Below are positions 20,147 through 32,354 of a stretch of 64,000 nt of DNA, in pieces. Origin of the DNA: an uncultured Gemmatimonadales bacterium (GTDB taxonomy: Bacteria > Gemmatimonadota > Gemmatimonadetes > Gemmatimonadales > GWC2-71-9); NCBI GenBank assembly GCA_963795085.1, contig CAWCFX010000006.1:320001-384000 (forward strand), in the 5' to 3' direction. How positions within the stretch are numbered: position 1 is the stretch's first letter; each line of letters opens with the position of its first letter. A program made the position numbers and the translations under genes. Below the pieces are notes generated by a model. That model saw only the letters and a list, made by a program, of their open reading frames with translations. It was not told the origin of the DNA and searched no databases.

Positions 20147-20862
20147 TCCTCAGCTCCCAGTTGAAGTTCGTCCACCTGCGTTACCGTCCGCTCGACGGCC
20201 GAAAGATAGCCCTCGAACCGCTCGCGCGGGCACTTCCACCCGGCGTCGGCCCGGTGTGCCGCGATCTCCTGCAGGATTTCGGCGTCGAAGCCGGCCACTT
20301 CGCCGGCCCGGGCCAGGACCTCCGCGAAGCTGGCGGGCACCGGGTGGCCGGTCAGGACCAGCAGGCCGCGATAGAGTACCGCAATGGTCGCGATGCTGTG
20401 GCGGGCGATGTCGCCCAGGCTCTGGGGATCCCGCTCGCTGGGAACGAAGGCCTGCCGCAGCCGGTTGAGTTTGCCCCGGAATTCGCGTTCCAGCGCCCGG
20501 CGCAGGTCGCTCCGGCGGGCCGACATCTCCGCCACGGGGTCAGCCCCCCGAAGGACCCGGTAGGCCGTCTTCATGTCCGTGATCTCCACCGGGAACACGT
20601 CGCCGGCCCGGCGCCACTCGGCGCGCGTCATGAGCAGGGGGGGCGGTCGTTTCCGGCTGACCCACGCGGAGAAGGGCGGCTCCAGGCTGAGCAGCACCGC
20701 CGGGGCCAGGCTTTCCAGCACCAGCATGAGATTGATGTCCGAGAAGCCGGCGACGTGCTCGCCCCGCACCACCGATCCGTACAGTACCGCGCTGTACCCG
20801 GGGCCCGCCGCCGCATCGATCTCCGCCAGGAACGGCTCCACCACTTCTGTCGTCAGGCTCAT
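20143..20862 (-). CDS. Nucleotidyltransferase-fold protein (LemA/TPM-associated)
   Basis: LYGS...SDINL Pol-beta motif; DVFPVE. Confidence 0.8.
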   Translation of the reverse strand: MSLTTEVVEPFLAEIDAAAGPGYSAVLYGSVVRGEHVAGFSDINLMLVLESLAPAVLLSLEPPFSAWVSRKRPPPLLMTRAEWRRAGDVFPVEITDMKTAYRVLRGADPVAEMSARRSDLRRALEREFRGKLNRLRQAFVPSERDPQSLGDIARHSIATIAVLYRGLLVLTGHPVPASFAEVLARAGEVAGFDAEILQEIAAHRADAGWKCPRERFEGYLSAVERTVTQVDELQLGAEE

Positions 20863-21701
20863 CAGAAACGTCCTCCCGCGCCACCGCCGCTGAATCCTCC
20901 GCCACCCCCGAACCCGCCAAACCCGCCGCCGCCGCCGAACCCGCCACCACCCCAGCCCCCGCCCCCACGCCCCCCGCCGCCCATCCCTCCCCAGAATATC
21001 CCGGGGCCGAACAACCCGCCCCGCCGGCGCCGACCCCGCCCGCCCCGGCCTCCACCTCCCGACCGCAGGATCAGGATCACGATAATCAGGATGACCAGCG
21101 GCACCATCTGGCCGAGGGGATTGCGGTCGGCGGCGGGCCGCCGCGCCAACTCCGGAGCCGCAGCGGTGAGCGCCGAATCGGTGACCCCATATCCGGCAGC
21201 GATCAGCGCGGCCAGCGCCCGGACCCCTGTCAGCGCGGCTGGGCCATAGCGCTCCCCGACGAGGTCGGGGCGCATCAGTTCGCGCACCTGTCCCGCCTGC
21301 CCGTCGGTGACCATCCCTTCGATCCCCTGCCCCGTCGCAATGAAGATGGCACCGGTCCCCGGCCGGCCACCCTGCCGAGGCACGATCAGCAGCACCACGC
21401 CGTTGTTACGGCGGGAGTCTCCCACCTCGGCCCGGGCTCCCACCCCCCAGGCCCGGCCGATTTGGAGCGCGACATCGCTCTCCGGATAATCGCCGATGGT
21501 GGGAAGGGTGACCACGGCGATCTCGGCGCTGGTGGCGCTCCGCAACCGCCCGATCAGGTCGGTGGCAGCGGCCGCGGAGGCCGGATCGATAATACCGGCC
21601 ACGTCGGTGACGAGACCGGCGGGACGGCCGGGGAACAGCCCAGTGATGCCGGAGCCCTGTCCCTGGGCCGGAAACGCCCCCGTCAGTTGTAGCAGCAGCA
21701 A
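20862..21701 (-). CDS. TPM domain protein with Gly-rich tail (start uncertain)
   Basis: EIAVVT, WGVG, NGVVLLIV, IATGQGIEG; ends FSGGGAGGRF. Confidence 0.85.
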   Translation of the reverse strand: MLLLQLTGAFPAQGQGSGITGLFPGRPAGLVTDVAGIIDPASAAAATDLIGRLRSATSAEIAVVTLPTIGDYPESDVALQIGRAWGVGARAEVGDSRRNNGVVLLIVPRQGGRPGTGAIFIATGQGIEGMVTDGQAGQVRELMRPDLVGERYGPAALTGVRALAALIAAGYGVTDSALTAAAPELARRPAADRNPLGQMVPLVILIIVILILRSGGGGRGGRGRRRRGGLFGPGIFWGGMGGGGRGGGGWGGGGFGGGGGFGGFGGGGGFSGGGAGGRF

Positions 21702-21765
21702 CAGCCCGATAGCTTTGGGCCACCCGGTGCGCCCGTGCCGGCATGGGCCTGGACTGACCTGCGAG

Positions 21766-22503
21766 ATGACTGTGCCGAAGATCGCTCTCATTGCACTCCT
21801 GCTGCTGGCCGCCTGCGAACAACCGGCCGTGACCGTTCGCGCCAGTGTGCCGCGGCTGGACGGCGGCACGGCGCCATTGCCGGACCTCGAACTGATTGCG
21901 CTGCCCTATGACCGGGACAGCGTGCTCGCCACGCTGGAGGCGAAGGCCTCTCCCCGGCCGCACACCAGGGAACTGGACAGCCTCTTTGCGCTCTGGCGGG
22001 ATCCGTTCGTCCGCTTCGCCGCCGCCACCGGGAGGAGCCACCAGCTGCGAGATTCACTCGCCTCCCTCAAACAACAACTGGACTCCCTCCCGCGCAACTC
22101 GGCGGACTACACGGCGCGCTATCAGAGCTTCGGAAGGCTCACCGACACGCTCGCCGCCGTGACCGATTCCGGCGAAAAAGCCCGTCTCCAGCTCGATCGG
22201 CTCCGAAAGACCGTGCTCCCCGCGATCGACTCGCTGCGCCGAATCGTGACGGAGTGGGAAAATAGCACCTTCCGCGAGTATGAAGACATTGTGCGGCGGC
22301 TGGGCGAGCGGCGGGCCCCGATCGCGGCCCGCACCGGCCCGGCGGGCCAGGCGACGATCACGCTGGGCCCGGGAGACTGGTGGATCTACGCCTGGGCCTG
22401 GGACGAGGGCGATCCCTACTCCCGCTGGTACTGGAATGTGCCGGTGCGGGGAGACGATGTGGTGCTGGACGGGACGACCGGGAGAAAAAGACCGCAGTAC
22501 TGA
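21766..22503 (+). CDS. Hypothetical lipoprotein
   Basis: Lipobox LLAAC; coding-like composition; upstream of DsbA-family gene. Confidence 0.7.
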   Translation: MTVPKIALIALLLLAACEQPAVTVRASVPRLDGGTAPLPDLELIALPYDRDSVLATLEAKASPRPHTRELDSLFALWRDPFVRFAAATGRSHQLRDSLASLKQQLDSLPRNSADYTARYQSFGRLTDTLAAVTDSGEKARLQLDRLRKTVLPAIDSLRRIVTEWENSTFREYEDIVRRLGERRAPIAARTGPAGQATITLGPGDWWIYAWAWDEGDPYSRWYWNVPVRGDDVVLDGTTGRKRPQY

Positions 22504-22506
22504 GAA

Positions 22507-22569
22507 GTGCAGCGTGCAGAGTGCAGCGTGCAGCGTGCAGGGTGCAGAGTGCAGCGTGCAGCGTGCAGC
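22507..22569 (+). repeat. Tandem heptamer (GTGCAGN)x9
   Basis: Nine consecutive units read directly. Confidence 0.95.
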
Positions 22570-22599
22570 GTGGATCCAGGATAATGGGGGAGGGAACCA

Positions 22600-23265
22600 A
22601 TGTCTCGAGTATTTGTGTTTTCCGCGTCGGCGGTGGTGCTGGCTGGGGTTTTTCTGCTGACCCGGCCCGGCGCCGGCACGCCGGGGGTGCCGGACAGTGT
22701 GGCTACGGGGGACACCCTGGACCTCTTGATCGCCCAGCGCAGCAAGGGATCGCCGGCGGCACCGATCGCGGTGTTCGAGATGTCCGATTTCCAATGCCCT
22801 TTCTGCCGCCGGCATGCGCTGGAGACCTTTCCCGACCTGGACCGGCGCTATATCCAGACCGGCAAGGTCCGGTGGACCTTCGTCAACTTTCCCATCCCCG
22901 AGATTCACCCCAATGCTACGGCCGCGGCGGAGTTCAGCATGTGCGCCGCGAAGATTGGCAAGTTCTGGCCGGTGCACGACCTGATTTTTGAGCACCAGGA
23001 TGCCTGGAAGTCGCTGGGAGACCCGGGGCCCTTCCTCATCGGGCTGGCTGACTCGGCCGGCATCCGGCGGGGGGATATCCTGCCCTGCCTGGAGAATGGA
23101 GAAACGCGGGAATTGGTCCGGACCGAGGCGGAGGAGGTGGCGCGGGTGGGGATTCAGAGCACCCCCACCTTCGTGATCGAAGGGAAACTGCTCCGCGGCG
23201 CGGCGCCGCTGGAGGTCTTTACCGCGATCTTTGATTCGATCTACGCGGCCCGGACCGGGGACTGA
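22600..23265 (+). CDS. DsbA/thioredoxin-fold protein
   Basis: SDFQCPFC active site; STPTF cis-Pro loop. Confidence 0.9.
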   Translation: MSRVFVFSASAVVLAGVFLLTRPGAGTPGVPDSVATGDTLDLLIAQRSKGSPAAPIAVFEMSDFQCPFCRRHALETFPDLDRRYIQTGKVRWTFVNFPIPEIHPNATAAAEFSMCAAKIGKFWPVHDLIFEHQDAWKSLGDPGPFLIGLADSAGIRRGDILPCLENGETRELVRTEAEEVARVGIQSTPTFVIEGKLLRGAAPLEVFTAIFDSIYAARTGD

Positions 23266-23268
23266 CGC

Positions 23269-23514
23269 TCAGCTGGGACGTTCTTCGTGAACCAGGTGAC
23301 TGCGCTGCTCGATCATCAGTTCAAGACCCGCCACGATCACCGAGCACAGCTGCGCCTGGGTTACGCCGCCACTGATGGAAAGAAACTCATCCAGGGGACG
23401 GCCCGCCCGCAGGTGCCCCACCAGGCTGGCGATGGGGATACGGGTGCCCCGGATGACTGGAATGCCGTCGATGATTCCTGATGTCCGCAGGTTGGTGAGT
23501 TCGTCCTGTGTCAT
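23269..23514 (-). CDS. DUF433 domain protein
   Basis: GIPVIRGTRIPI motif; GGAGG upstream of ATG. Confidence 0.8.
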   Translation of the reverse strand: MTQDELTNLRTSGIIDGIPVIRGTRIPIASLVGHLRAGRPLDEFLSISGGVTQAQLCSVIVAGLELMIEQRSHLVHEERPS

Positions 23515-23618
23515 AGCGCGCCTCCGCCAGTCGGGTATGCCGGTGACCGGGTTCCCCTGCAATAGGGGGCACCGGACCCGTCATGGCAAGACCGTGGCGG
23601 CGGGGGGCCGCCGTGGCG

Positions 23619-24356
23619 TCATCGCAGGGATAGAAACACGTCGTACAGCGCGTGAGTCCAGGCGGCGATGCCGAACCCGCGCAGCAGGTAGAGCCCGCTG
23701 AACAGCACCCCCGCGATAGCCCGGAAGGTGAAGGAGTTGAGCTCCAGCGGGTCGCCGTAGGGGCCGATATAGTGAAACGCCGAGAAGACCAGCGCGCCCA
23801 CCACCGTCGCGACGATGCCCGCCACCACCGGTTTCCAGCCCAGCAGCAATCCCGCCCTGGCCAGCGCCGCTACCAGCAGGACCCGGAACAGGAGTTCCTC
23901 GTAGAGTCCCGCCCCCAGGGAGATCATCAACTGCGTCGGCAGGTTCATCCGCTCGATCGCGGTCTGGGACGCCACAGTATAGAGCGTGCCGTGCAGCAGC
24001 AGGGAGGTCAGCGACGCCGCCACAAAGCCGAAGAGCAGGGCGTAGATGCTGGACTCCGCCAGCATGCCGAGGAAGAGCCGGGGCGACAGTTCCCGGCCCG
24101 CGCGCTTCCAGTCCCGGTAGGCCAGCACCAGCAGCGTCCCTACCAGGAGAACTCCGAACGCCACGACACCCCGCCGGCCACCCATGGCGATGAACACGCT
24201 CTTCATCAGCACGTCGGCCCCGTTCCGAACGCCGGCGATGGCGTCGCCCGAGAGCGCGAAGGCGAGCACCTCGTAGAGCAGGAGCAGGGGGATGGCGAAG
24301 AGGAGACTGTACCGGGGGGCCCGGGTGAGGGACCAGTAACGGGGAGCGGGAGGCAT
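23619..24356 (-). CDS. CPBP (CAAX/Abi) intramembrane metalloprotease
   Basis: EELLFR, FSAFH, HALYD motifs. Confidence 0.9.
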   Translation of the reverse strand: MPPAPRYWSLTRAPRYSLLFAIPLLLLYEVLAFALSGDAIAGVRNGADVLMKSVFIAMGGRRGVVAFGVLLVGTLLVLAYRDWKRAGRELSPRLFLGMLAESSIYALLFGFVAASLTSLLLHGTLYTVASQTAIERMNLPTQLMISLGAGLYEELLFRVLLVAALARAGLLLGWKPVVAGIVATVVGALVFSAFHYIGPYGDPLELNSFTFRAIAGVLFSGLYLLRGFGIAAWTHALYDVFLSLR

Positions 24357-24435
24357 TGATGGAGGATAAGGGGGCAAGGGGGCACGCGGGCAAGGGGCCC
24401 GCAGCCCGTGGGTCTGGGGCTAGGCTTTTCGCCGA

Positions 24436-24464
24436 TTGATCTCCTCGCCCGAATCTGGTACTTT
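24436..24464 (+). promoter_or_regulatory. sigma70-type promoter with extended -10
   Basis: TTGATC-N17-TACTTT preceded by TG. Confidence 0.6.
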
Positions 24465-24520
24465 CTCTGCGAAGTCAGATTTCTGCCCTATGTTCCACCT
24501 TTTGCGAAGGAGGTGATCCA

Positions 24521-24583
24521 TTGTCTAGTGAGAGTTGCATCGCAGGCTCGAATCGGGCAAACGGTCGCCTGGTAACGCGCTAA
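24521..24583 (+). CDS. Candidate 20-aa peptide MSSESCIAGSNRANGRLVTR
   Basis: TTG start 7 nt after GGAGG within a 14-nt anti-SD complement. Confidence 0.3.
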   Translation: MSSESCIAGSNRANGRLVTR

Positions 24584-24634
24584 CCGATACGAAGCGCAAT
24601 CGAGAGCGACGCGTTTTCGAGCTCGATGCCAACA

Positions 24635-24672
24635 GAAGGCGCCATTCACCTCCGGGTGGGTGGCGCCTTTCA
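24635..24672 (+). terminator. Terminator-like hairpin
   Basis: GAAGGCGCCATTCACC-TCCG-GGTGGGTGGCGCCTTT, 16-bp stem with G-U pairs; short U tail. Confidence 0.6.
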
Positions 24673-24731
24673 CTTCCCCCCAGCCAACCGGCCCCCTTGC
24701 CCCCACTTCCCGTCCCGGCCACCATTCCCCC

Positions 24732-26027
24732 ATGCGCCCCTCGTTGCTCTACCGTGCCGGCCTGGCGCTCTCCCGGCCGCTGATCCCGCTGGCCGGGCTG
24801 CTGAGCGCCAAGATCGCACGGGGCCACCGGGCCCGGGCCGGGGCGCTTGGGCGGATGGAGACATGGGGCCGCACCCAGCGCGACCCGTCTCGCCCCCTGG
24901 TCTGGTTTCATGCCCCCTCGGTGGGCGAGGGACTGCAGGCGCGCAGCGTCCTGAGCCGGGTCCGGCTGCGGCATCCCGAGTGGCAGACGGTGTACACCCA
25001 TTTCAGCCCCTCGGCCGAGCGATTCGCCGAGGGCATCGGCGCGGACCTCGCCGATTACCTGCCCTACGACGGCATGTCCGCCGCCCGCCGCCTGCTGGAG
25101 TCGCTGCGGCCCACCGTCCTGGTGTTCACCAAGCTCGACCTGTGGCCGGAACTCGCCACCGCCGCCCGGAACCGCGGGGTGAAGGTGGTGCTCGTCGCGG
25201 GCACCGTGCGGCCGAAAAGCAGCCGGCTGCGCTGGCCGGCCCGGCGGCTCATCCGGCCCGGGTATCGAGCGCTCGATGCGGCCCTGGCCATCGCGGAGGC
25301 CGATGCCAAACGGCTGGTGACGCTGGGGGTGCCGTCCGGGGCGGTGAAAGTGGTGGGCGACCCCCGCTTCGACAGCGTCCTCGACGTGGTCCGGTCGGTC
25401 CCCCCCGATGACCCGATGAAACGGTTCGGGAGAGATGCCGTGACCCTGGTCGCCGGCTCGACCTGGCCGGGCGATGAGGCCGTCCTCCTCGATGCCTATG
25501 CCCGGCTCCGGGTGCACCGGCCGGATGCGCGCCTCATCCTGGTCCCTCACGAGCCGACCACCGCTCACCTGAGCGGGATCGACCGCATGGCCAACCGGGC
25601 CGGCCTGCCGGCACCGGTACGGTTGAGCTCGGCGGGCGGACCGGTCCCCTTCCTGGTGGTGGACCAGGTCGGATCCCTGGCCCGCCTCTATGGCGGCGGG
25701 GCGATGGCATACGTGGGCGGCGGGTTCCACGGCCAGGGGCTCCATTCGGTGCTGGAACCCTCGGCGTGGGGCATTCCCTCGGTGTTCGGCCCGCGATGGA
25801 CGGAAAGCCGGGATGCTTCGCTACTGCTGGAAGCCGGTGGGGCGGAAGCGCTGGCGGAACTGGGGAACTACGAAGCGGCGGAGGCCCTGCAGGCCCTCTG
25901 GGAGGACTGGATCATCAATGAGGTCCGGCGCAAGGCCCAGGGCCGGAAAGCGCTGGCGGTGGTGCAGAGCGGCGCCGGTGCCGCCGACCGCTCCGCCGAC
26001 CTGATCGAGGAGGTCATGCGCCACTAA
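24732..26027 (+). CDS. waaA: 3-deoxy-D-manno-octulosonic acid (Kdo) transferase
   Basis: WFHAPSVGE, GDPRFD, AGSTW, LVPHEP, HSVLEP. Confidence 0.92.
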   Translation: MRPSLLYRAGLALSRPLIPLAGLLSAKIARGHRARAGALGRMETWGRTQRDPSRPLVWFHAPSVGEGLQARSVLSRVRLRHPEWQTVYTHFSPSAERFAEGIGADLADYLPYDGMSAARRLLESLRPTVLVFTKLDLWPELATAARNRGVKVVLVAGTVRPKSSRLRWPARRLIRPGYRALDAALAIAEADAKRLVTLGVPSGAVKVVGDPRFDSVLDVVRSVPPDDPMKRFGRDAVTLVAGSTWPGDEAVLLDAYARLRVHRPDARLILVPHEPTTAHLSGIDRMANRAGLPAPVRLSSAGGPVPFLVVDQVGSLARLYGGGAMAYVGGGFHGQGLHSVLEPSAWGIPSVFGPRWTESRDASLLLEAGGAEALAELGNYEAAEALQALWEDWIINEVRRKAQGRKALAVVQSGAGAADRSADLIEEVMRH

Positions 26028-26030
26028 CCC

Positions 26031-26065
26031 CCCTCAGTTCTCACCTCTCACTTCTCACTGCTCAC
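26031..26065 (-). repeat. Tandem heptamer (GTGAGNN)x~5 between convergent genes
   Basis: Minus strand gtgagca gtgagaa gtgagag gtgagaa ctgaggg. Confidence 0.7.
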
Positions 26066-26452
26066 CTACTGCACTGCGACTCCCTCGATCGACACGCTCC
26101 TCGGTACCACCAATCCCGCCGTCAGCGCCGTGATCAGGAGGTCGCTCCACCGGCTGCGGATCCTGATCCGTACGTCGGCCAGCGCCGACCGGCCGACCAG
26201 CTGCGAGGCCAGGATCCTGTCCACCGCGGGCTTCTTCAGACTGGCCAGGCCCCAGAGTCCGAACACGGCGTGGGTATTGACGGTGAAGGCCTCGCCCACG
26301 GGACGCTGCCCCGCCGTTGAGGAGAGCGTCACCGGGACGCCTAACGATGTGGCATCAATGGTGGTCGAACAACCGCCCAGCAGCAGGGTCGCGGCCAGGT
26401 ACAGCGCAGGGGCCGGAGAGCTGGTGCTTCCGGCCCGGAAGAGGCGTCGCAT
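26066..26452 (-). CDS. Small hypothetical lipoprotein
   Basis: Lipobox LGGC; start MRRLFR. Confidence 0.7.
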   Translation of the reverse strand: MRRLFRAGSTSSPAPALYLAATLLLGGCSTTIDATSLGVPVTLSSTAGQRPVGEAFTVNTHAVFGLWGLASLKKPAVDRILASQLVGRSALADVRIRIRSRWSDLLITALTAGLVVPRSVSIEGVAVQ

Positions 26453-26463
26453 GGAGTCCAGGG

Positions 26464-27108
26464 TCAGAGTCCGGGAAGGTTGAGGCCGTAATGCACGCCG
26501 ATGCCAAAGACGCTGACGCTGCTGCCCTCGGACCTGACAACATCGTAGGCGGCATGAAAGCCCAGCCCGCTCAGCAGGTTCAGTTCGACCCCGCCACTGA
26601 TTCCGAATTCGGAATCCGTCTCGGCGTCGATCCCGGTGCCCGACACACGGGCGATATCGATGCGCGGGGCAATCCAGGGCTTGATCCCGATGAGGGTCGT
26701 GGGGATCCGTGCCGAGAAGCTCACCCCGATGGGGAACCGCCAGAGGGAGAGGTCGGAGATCTTGGTCCGGGAGGCTCCCGCCTGGGCCGTCACCGCGAAG
26801 GGGATGAGGGGTCCCCCAAAGAGCTTGAGATTGGCGGTGCCCCCGACAGAGGTCAGGCCGTCGAAGCCATCGGGCGTCCACCGCGACACGCTGGCCGTCA
26901 CGCCCAGCGGGCCCAGGCCCACCTTGCCTGTTGCGCCGAACGCCGTGCCGCCGCCCGCCTCGTCGTTAGGAAACCCGACGTCACCAGCGATGGTGAGGCC
27001 GGTCGAGACCCCGCTGTTGATGACCGGGAGCCCTGGATTCTGGGCCCGGGCGGTGACGCTGTATCCCAGGACCAGCGCACCAAGGACGACGAGGTGGGAA
27101 CGACCCAT
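26464..27108 (-). CDS. Hypothetical outer-membrane beta-barrel protein
   Basis: Signal peptide, amphipathic Gly/aromatic strands; GGAGG upstream. Confidence 0.7.
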   Translation of the reverse strand: MGRSHLVVLGALVLGYSVTARAQNPGLPVINSGVSTGLTIAGDVGFPNDEAGGGTAFGATGKVGLGPLGVTASVSRWTPDGFDGLTSVGGTANLKLFGGPLIPFAVTAQAGASRTKISDLSLWRFPIGVSFSARIPTTLIGIKPWIAPRIDIARVSGTGIDAETDSEFGISGGVELNLLSGLGFHAAYDVVRSEGSSVSVFGIGVHYGLNLPGL

Positions 27109-27152
27109 GCTACCTCCGGGAGGATAGGGAATTGGCTGGGGGAATGTAAACG

Positions 27153-27346
27153 ATTGAGGGAATTGAGGGAATGTTGAAATTGAGGGAATTGAGGGAATGG
27201 GGAAATTGAGGGAATTGAGGGAATGGGGGAATTGAGGGAATTGAGGGAATGGGGGAATTGAGGGAATTGAGGGAATTGGGGTAGTTTCAATTCCAACATT
27301 CCCTCAATTCCCCCATTCCCTCATTTATTCCAACCTTCCCTCAATT
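27153..27346. repeat. 9-mer (A)TTGAGGGAA tandem array followed by inverted copies
   Basis: Direct copies about 27153-27280, complementary TTCCCTCAA copies about 27286-27346. Confidence 0.92.
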
Positions 27347-27348
27347 TA

Positions 27349-27966
27349 CTACCTCGTAAAGCTCACCCCCAGGCTGATCCCGTCGTAGTCGCCCAGGCCG
27401 GCCCCCAGCCGGGCATCGAGCCGGGGGCTGAACTGGATGTCAACGCCCAGTCCGAGGCCGAACTGGATGTCGTCCTGGGTGTCCCCGAAGGTCGGAACCA
27501 GCACCGGCTCGAAGTACGGGACGAAGGTAGTCTTGGTGCCTTCCAGGTTGATCCGGCGTCCCAGGCTGAACCCGATGGGAATCAAACCGATGGAGGCGTC
27601 GCTGGCGAATACGCCGCCGATTCCTATGGTGAGGGCGCCGTCGAGCGGGAAGACTTCGGTGGCCCGGAGCACCCGCATCCGGACATCGATGCCGGTGATG
27701 AAGAAGGTGGTGCCGGGCCCGTTGGGGGTATCGGCATCGTTGTCGCCGATCCCGGCCCGAAAGCCGAAGTCGAGGGGACCCCGCCCGGCCCGATACATCC
27801 CTTCGAGGGTGAACCCGGGACCGGGGTCGGTGAAGAATATCCCCAGCTCCGTGGTGCGGAATGCCTTGACCGGCGCAAGAAAAACCGGCGTGCCGGTTGT
27901 CTGAGCCTGAGCGCCAGACGCGGCCACGCCGGTCATGATAAGCAATAGACTGAGCCTACGTAACAT
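27349..27966 (-). CDS. Hypothetical outer-membrane beta-barrel protein
   Basis: Signal peptide AQA; ends GISLGVSF; overlaps atpC end. Confidence 0.7.
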   Translation of the reverse strand: MLRRLSLLLIMTGVAASGAQAQTTGTPVFLAPVKAFRTTELGIFFTDPGPGFTLEGMYRAGRGPLDFGFRAGIGDNDADTPNGPGTTFFITGIDVRMRVLRATEVFPLDGALTIGIGGVFASDASIGLIPIGFSLGRRINLEGTKTTFVPYFEPVLVPTFGDTQDDIQFGLGLGVDIQFSPRLDARLGAGLGDYDGISLGVSFTR

Positions 27967-28215
27967 GGGCCTCTCCCGAGACGTGTTCCGCCACTACCCG
28001 GACCGCGTTGTTGACGACCTGCAGGAAGCCGCCATCGACCTGGAACCGGTTCTCCGAACCCGCATGCCGGACGACGAGCGTCCCGCGACCAAGGAGAGTC
28101 ATGAACGGAGCGTGGTTGGGCAGGATACCGACCTGCCCGTCATAGGCGGGCGCGATGACCGCGTCCGCCTCGCCATCAAACATAGAGGCTGCTGGTGAGA
28201 TGACCGTAACGTGCA

Positions 28216-28216
<1 letters not shown>
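27956..28216 (-). CDS. atpC: ATP synthase F1 epsilon (short, 86 aa)
   Basis: GQVGILPNHAP, GGFLQV; follows atpD. Confidence 0.93.
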
Positions 28217-32175
<3,959 letters not shown>

Positions 32176-32216
32176 AGGTATGCGGTGACGGTTCAGAAGA
32201 GGGTTGAGTGCCTAGC

Positions 32217-32251
32217 TTGTGAAAAATATCACAATCTAGAACGGACCGCAA
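32217..32251 (-). promoter_or_regulatory. atpA promoter overlapped by a Rex/CRP-like palindrome
   Basis: TTGTGAAAAATATCACAA at 32217-32234; minus-strand TTGCGG-N17-TATTTT. Confidence 0.7.
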
Positions 32252-32354
32252 CAGAGGGCTACAAGATACACCGCCTCCCCCGGGGAAGCGACCGCCACGC
32301 TCCGGCCGGCATAGTCAGCGTAACCCCATATCTGATCGGGAGATGAGCGGAAGA

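Larger units (their letters stand above)
24471..24672 (+). ncRNA. Candidate structured small RNA or small-ORF transcript (unassigned)
   Basis: Own promoter and terminator hairpin; long imperfect stem 24534-24633; AAGGAGGTGATCCA element. Confidence 0.5.

Noticed and set aside
24507..24520. 16S rRNA gene fragment
   Set aside because: Match is only 14 nt and the flanks are not rRNA-like; treated as an extended SD element
24471..24672. tmRNA, 6S or SRP assignment
   Set aside because: No tRNA-like ends, tag peptide or SRP loop motif, and 5' and 3' ends do not pair as in 6S; cannot assign without Infernal
26898..27299. PQF/LNS repeat ORF, or CRISPR
   Set aside because: Translation of the 9-mer array; overlaps a real gene; no unique spacers
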